IMG/VR virus record: IMGVR_UViG_2565956611_000004
Span: 1 to 5,191 of that record
Strand: one strand, 5' to 3'
Length of the DNA stretch: 5,191 nt
Source of the DNA: a virus
Taxonomy: Duplodnaviria; Heunggongvirae; Uroviricota; Caudoviricetes
Of this stretch, positions 4,881 to 5,191 are shown piece after piece (position 1 is the first letter of the stretch; the number at the start of each line of letters is the position of its first letter). The position numbers and the translations under genes were made by a program. Below the pieces are notes generated by a model, which had not been told where the DNA came from, did no database searches, and saw nothing but the letters and a program-made list of their open reading frames with translations.

Positions 4881-5191
4881 TGGTTGCCTCCTTTGCGAAG
4901 CTGGGCAGCAAAGTCAACTAACCACTCAGTCATTTCAACCTTCCCTACCAGATCTGAACCAGGGTGCATACAGCAATCACTCTGCGCCGCTTTGAAATCC
5001 TTATACTCATATTCTTGGGCCACCAGATTTTTTGCAGCTTCTATAGCAGCATCCACGCCCTGCGCCCGCACTTCAGCCAGGAAAGCATCGGTGGCTGGGG
5101 TTTCAGTAACATCATCTTCCCATTCGCTAAACTCCTCACGACAAAAGTCATTAAATTCCTTCTCAGATTGCTTAAGCGAGGTATTTTCAGC
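4877..5191 (-). CDS. Hypothetical protein, 5'-truncated by the window edge (at least 105 codons in the window)
   Basis: The minus-strand frame is open from the window edge to the TGA at 4877-4879, which overlaps the GTG start of the Ea22-like gene (GTGA). The track's 64-aa ORF is this frame cut at an internal GTG. Confidence 0.6.
   Translation of the reverse strand, partial: AENTSLKQSEKEFNDFCREEFSEWEDDVTETPATDAFLAEVRAQGVDAAIEAAKNLVAQEYEYKDFKAAQSDCCMHPGSDLVGKVEMTEWLVDFAAQLRKGGNQ

Noticed and set aside
4877-5071. 64-aa ORF presented as a complete gene
   Set aside because: The frame stays open upstream to the window edge; the GTG at 5071 is an internal Val codon of a larger, truncated ORF.
1-5191. 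CRISPR arrays, tRNA or rRNA genes, transposase or IS elements
   Set aside because: No regularly spaced repeats, no tRNA-like cloverleaf candidates and no transposase-like ORFs were seen. The lambda attB is not within a tRNA gene.

Overview
This window looks like the left end of a lambda-type prophage sitting at the canonical E. coli lambda attachment site. About 46 bp of host flank is followed by the attL core (47-61) and P' arm, then the minus-strand genes int (135..1205) and xis (1183..1401), which match phage lambda as far as I can recall it. A hairpin and the cII-binding repeat of pI lie just upstream of xis. From about 1490 rightwards the sequence stops matching lambda and carries a tightly packed minus-strand accessory operon: a small zinc-ribbon protein, a 293-aa Ea22-like protein with a DUF551-like C-terminus, a 69-aa Cys-rich protein, a 154-aa protein, a 171-aa protein with a PD-(D/E)xK nuclease motif, and two tandem small basic paralogs (one missing from the ORF track). 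Beyond these is a 162-aa Ea22 homolog and a 5'-truncated ORF running off the right edge. Every gene is on the minus strand, consistent with the pL early-left operon. The best candidate for an undescribed system is the translationally coupled block at 2669-4311. All homology statements rest on recalled sequences and motif reading; no searches were run.
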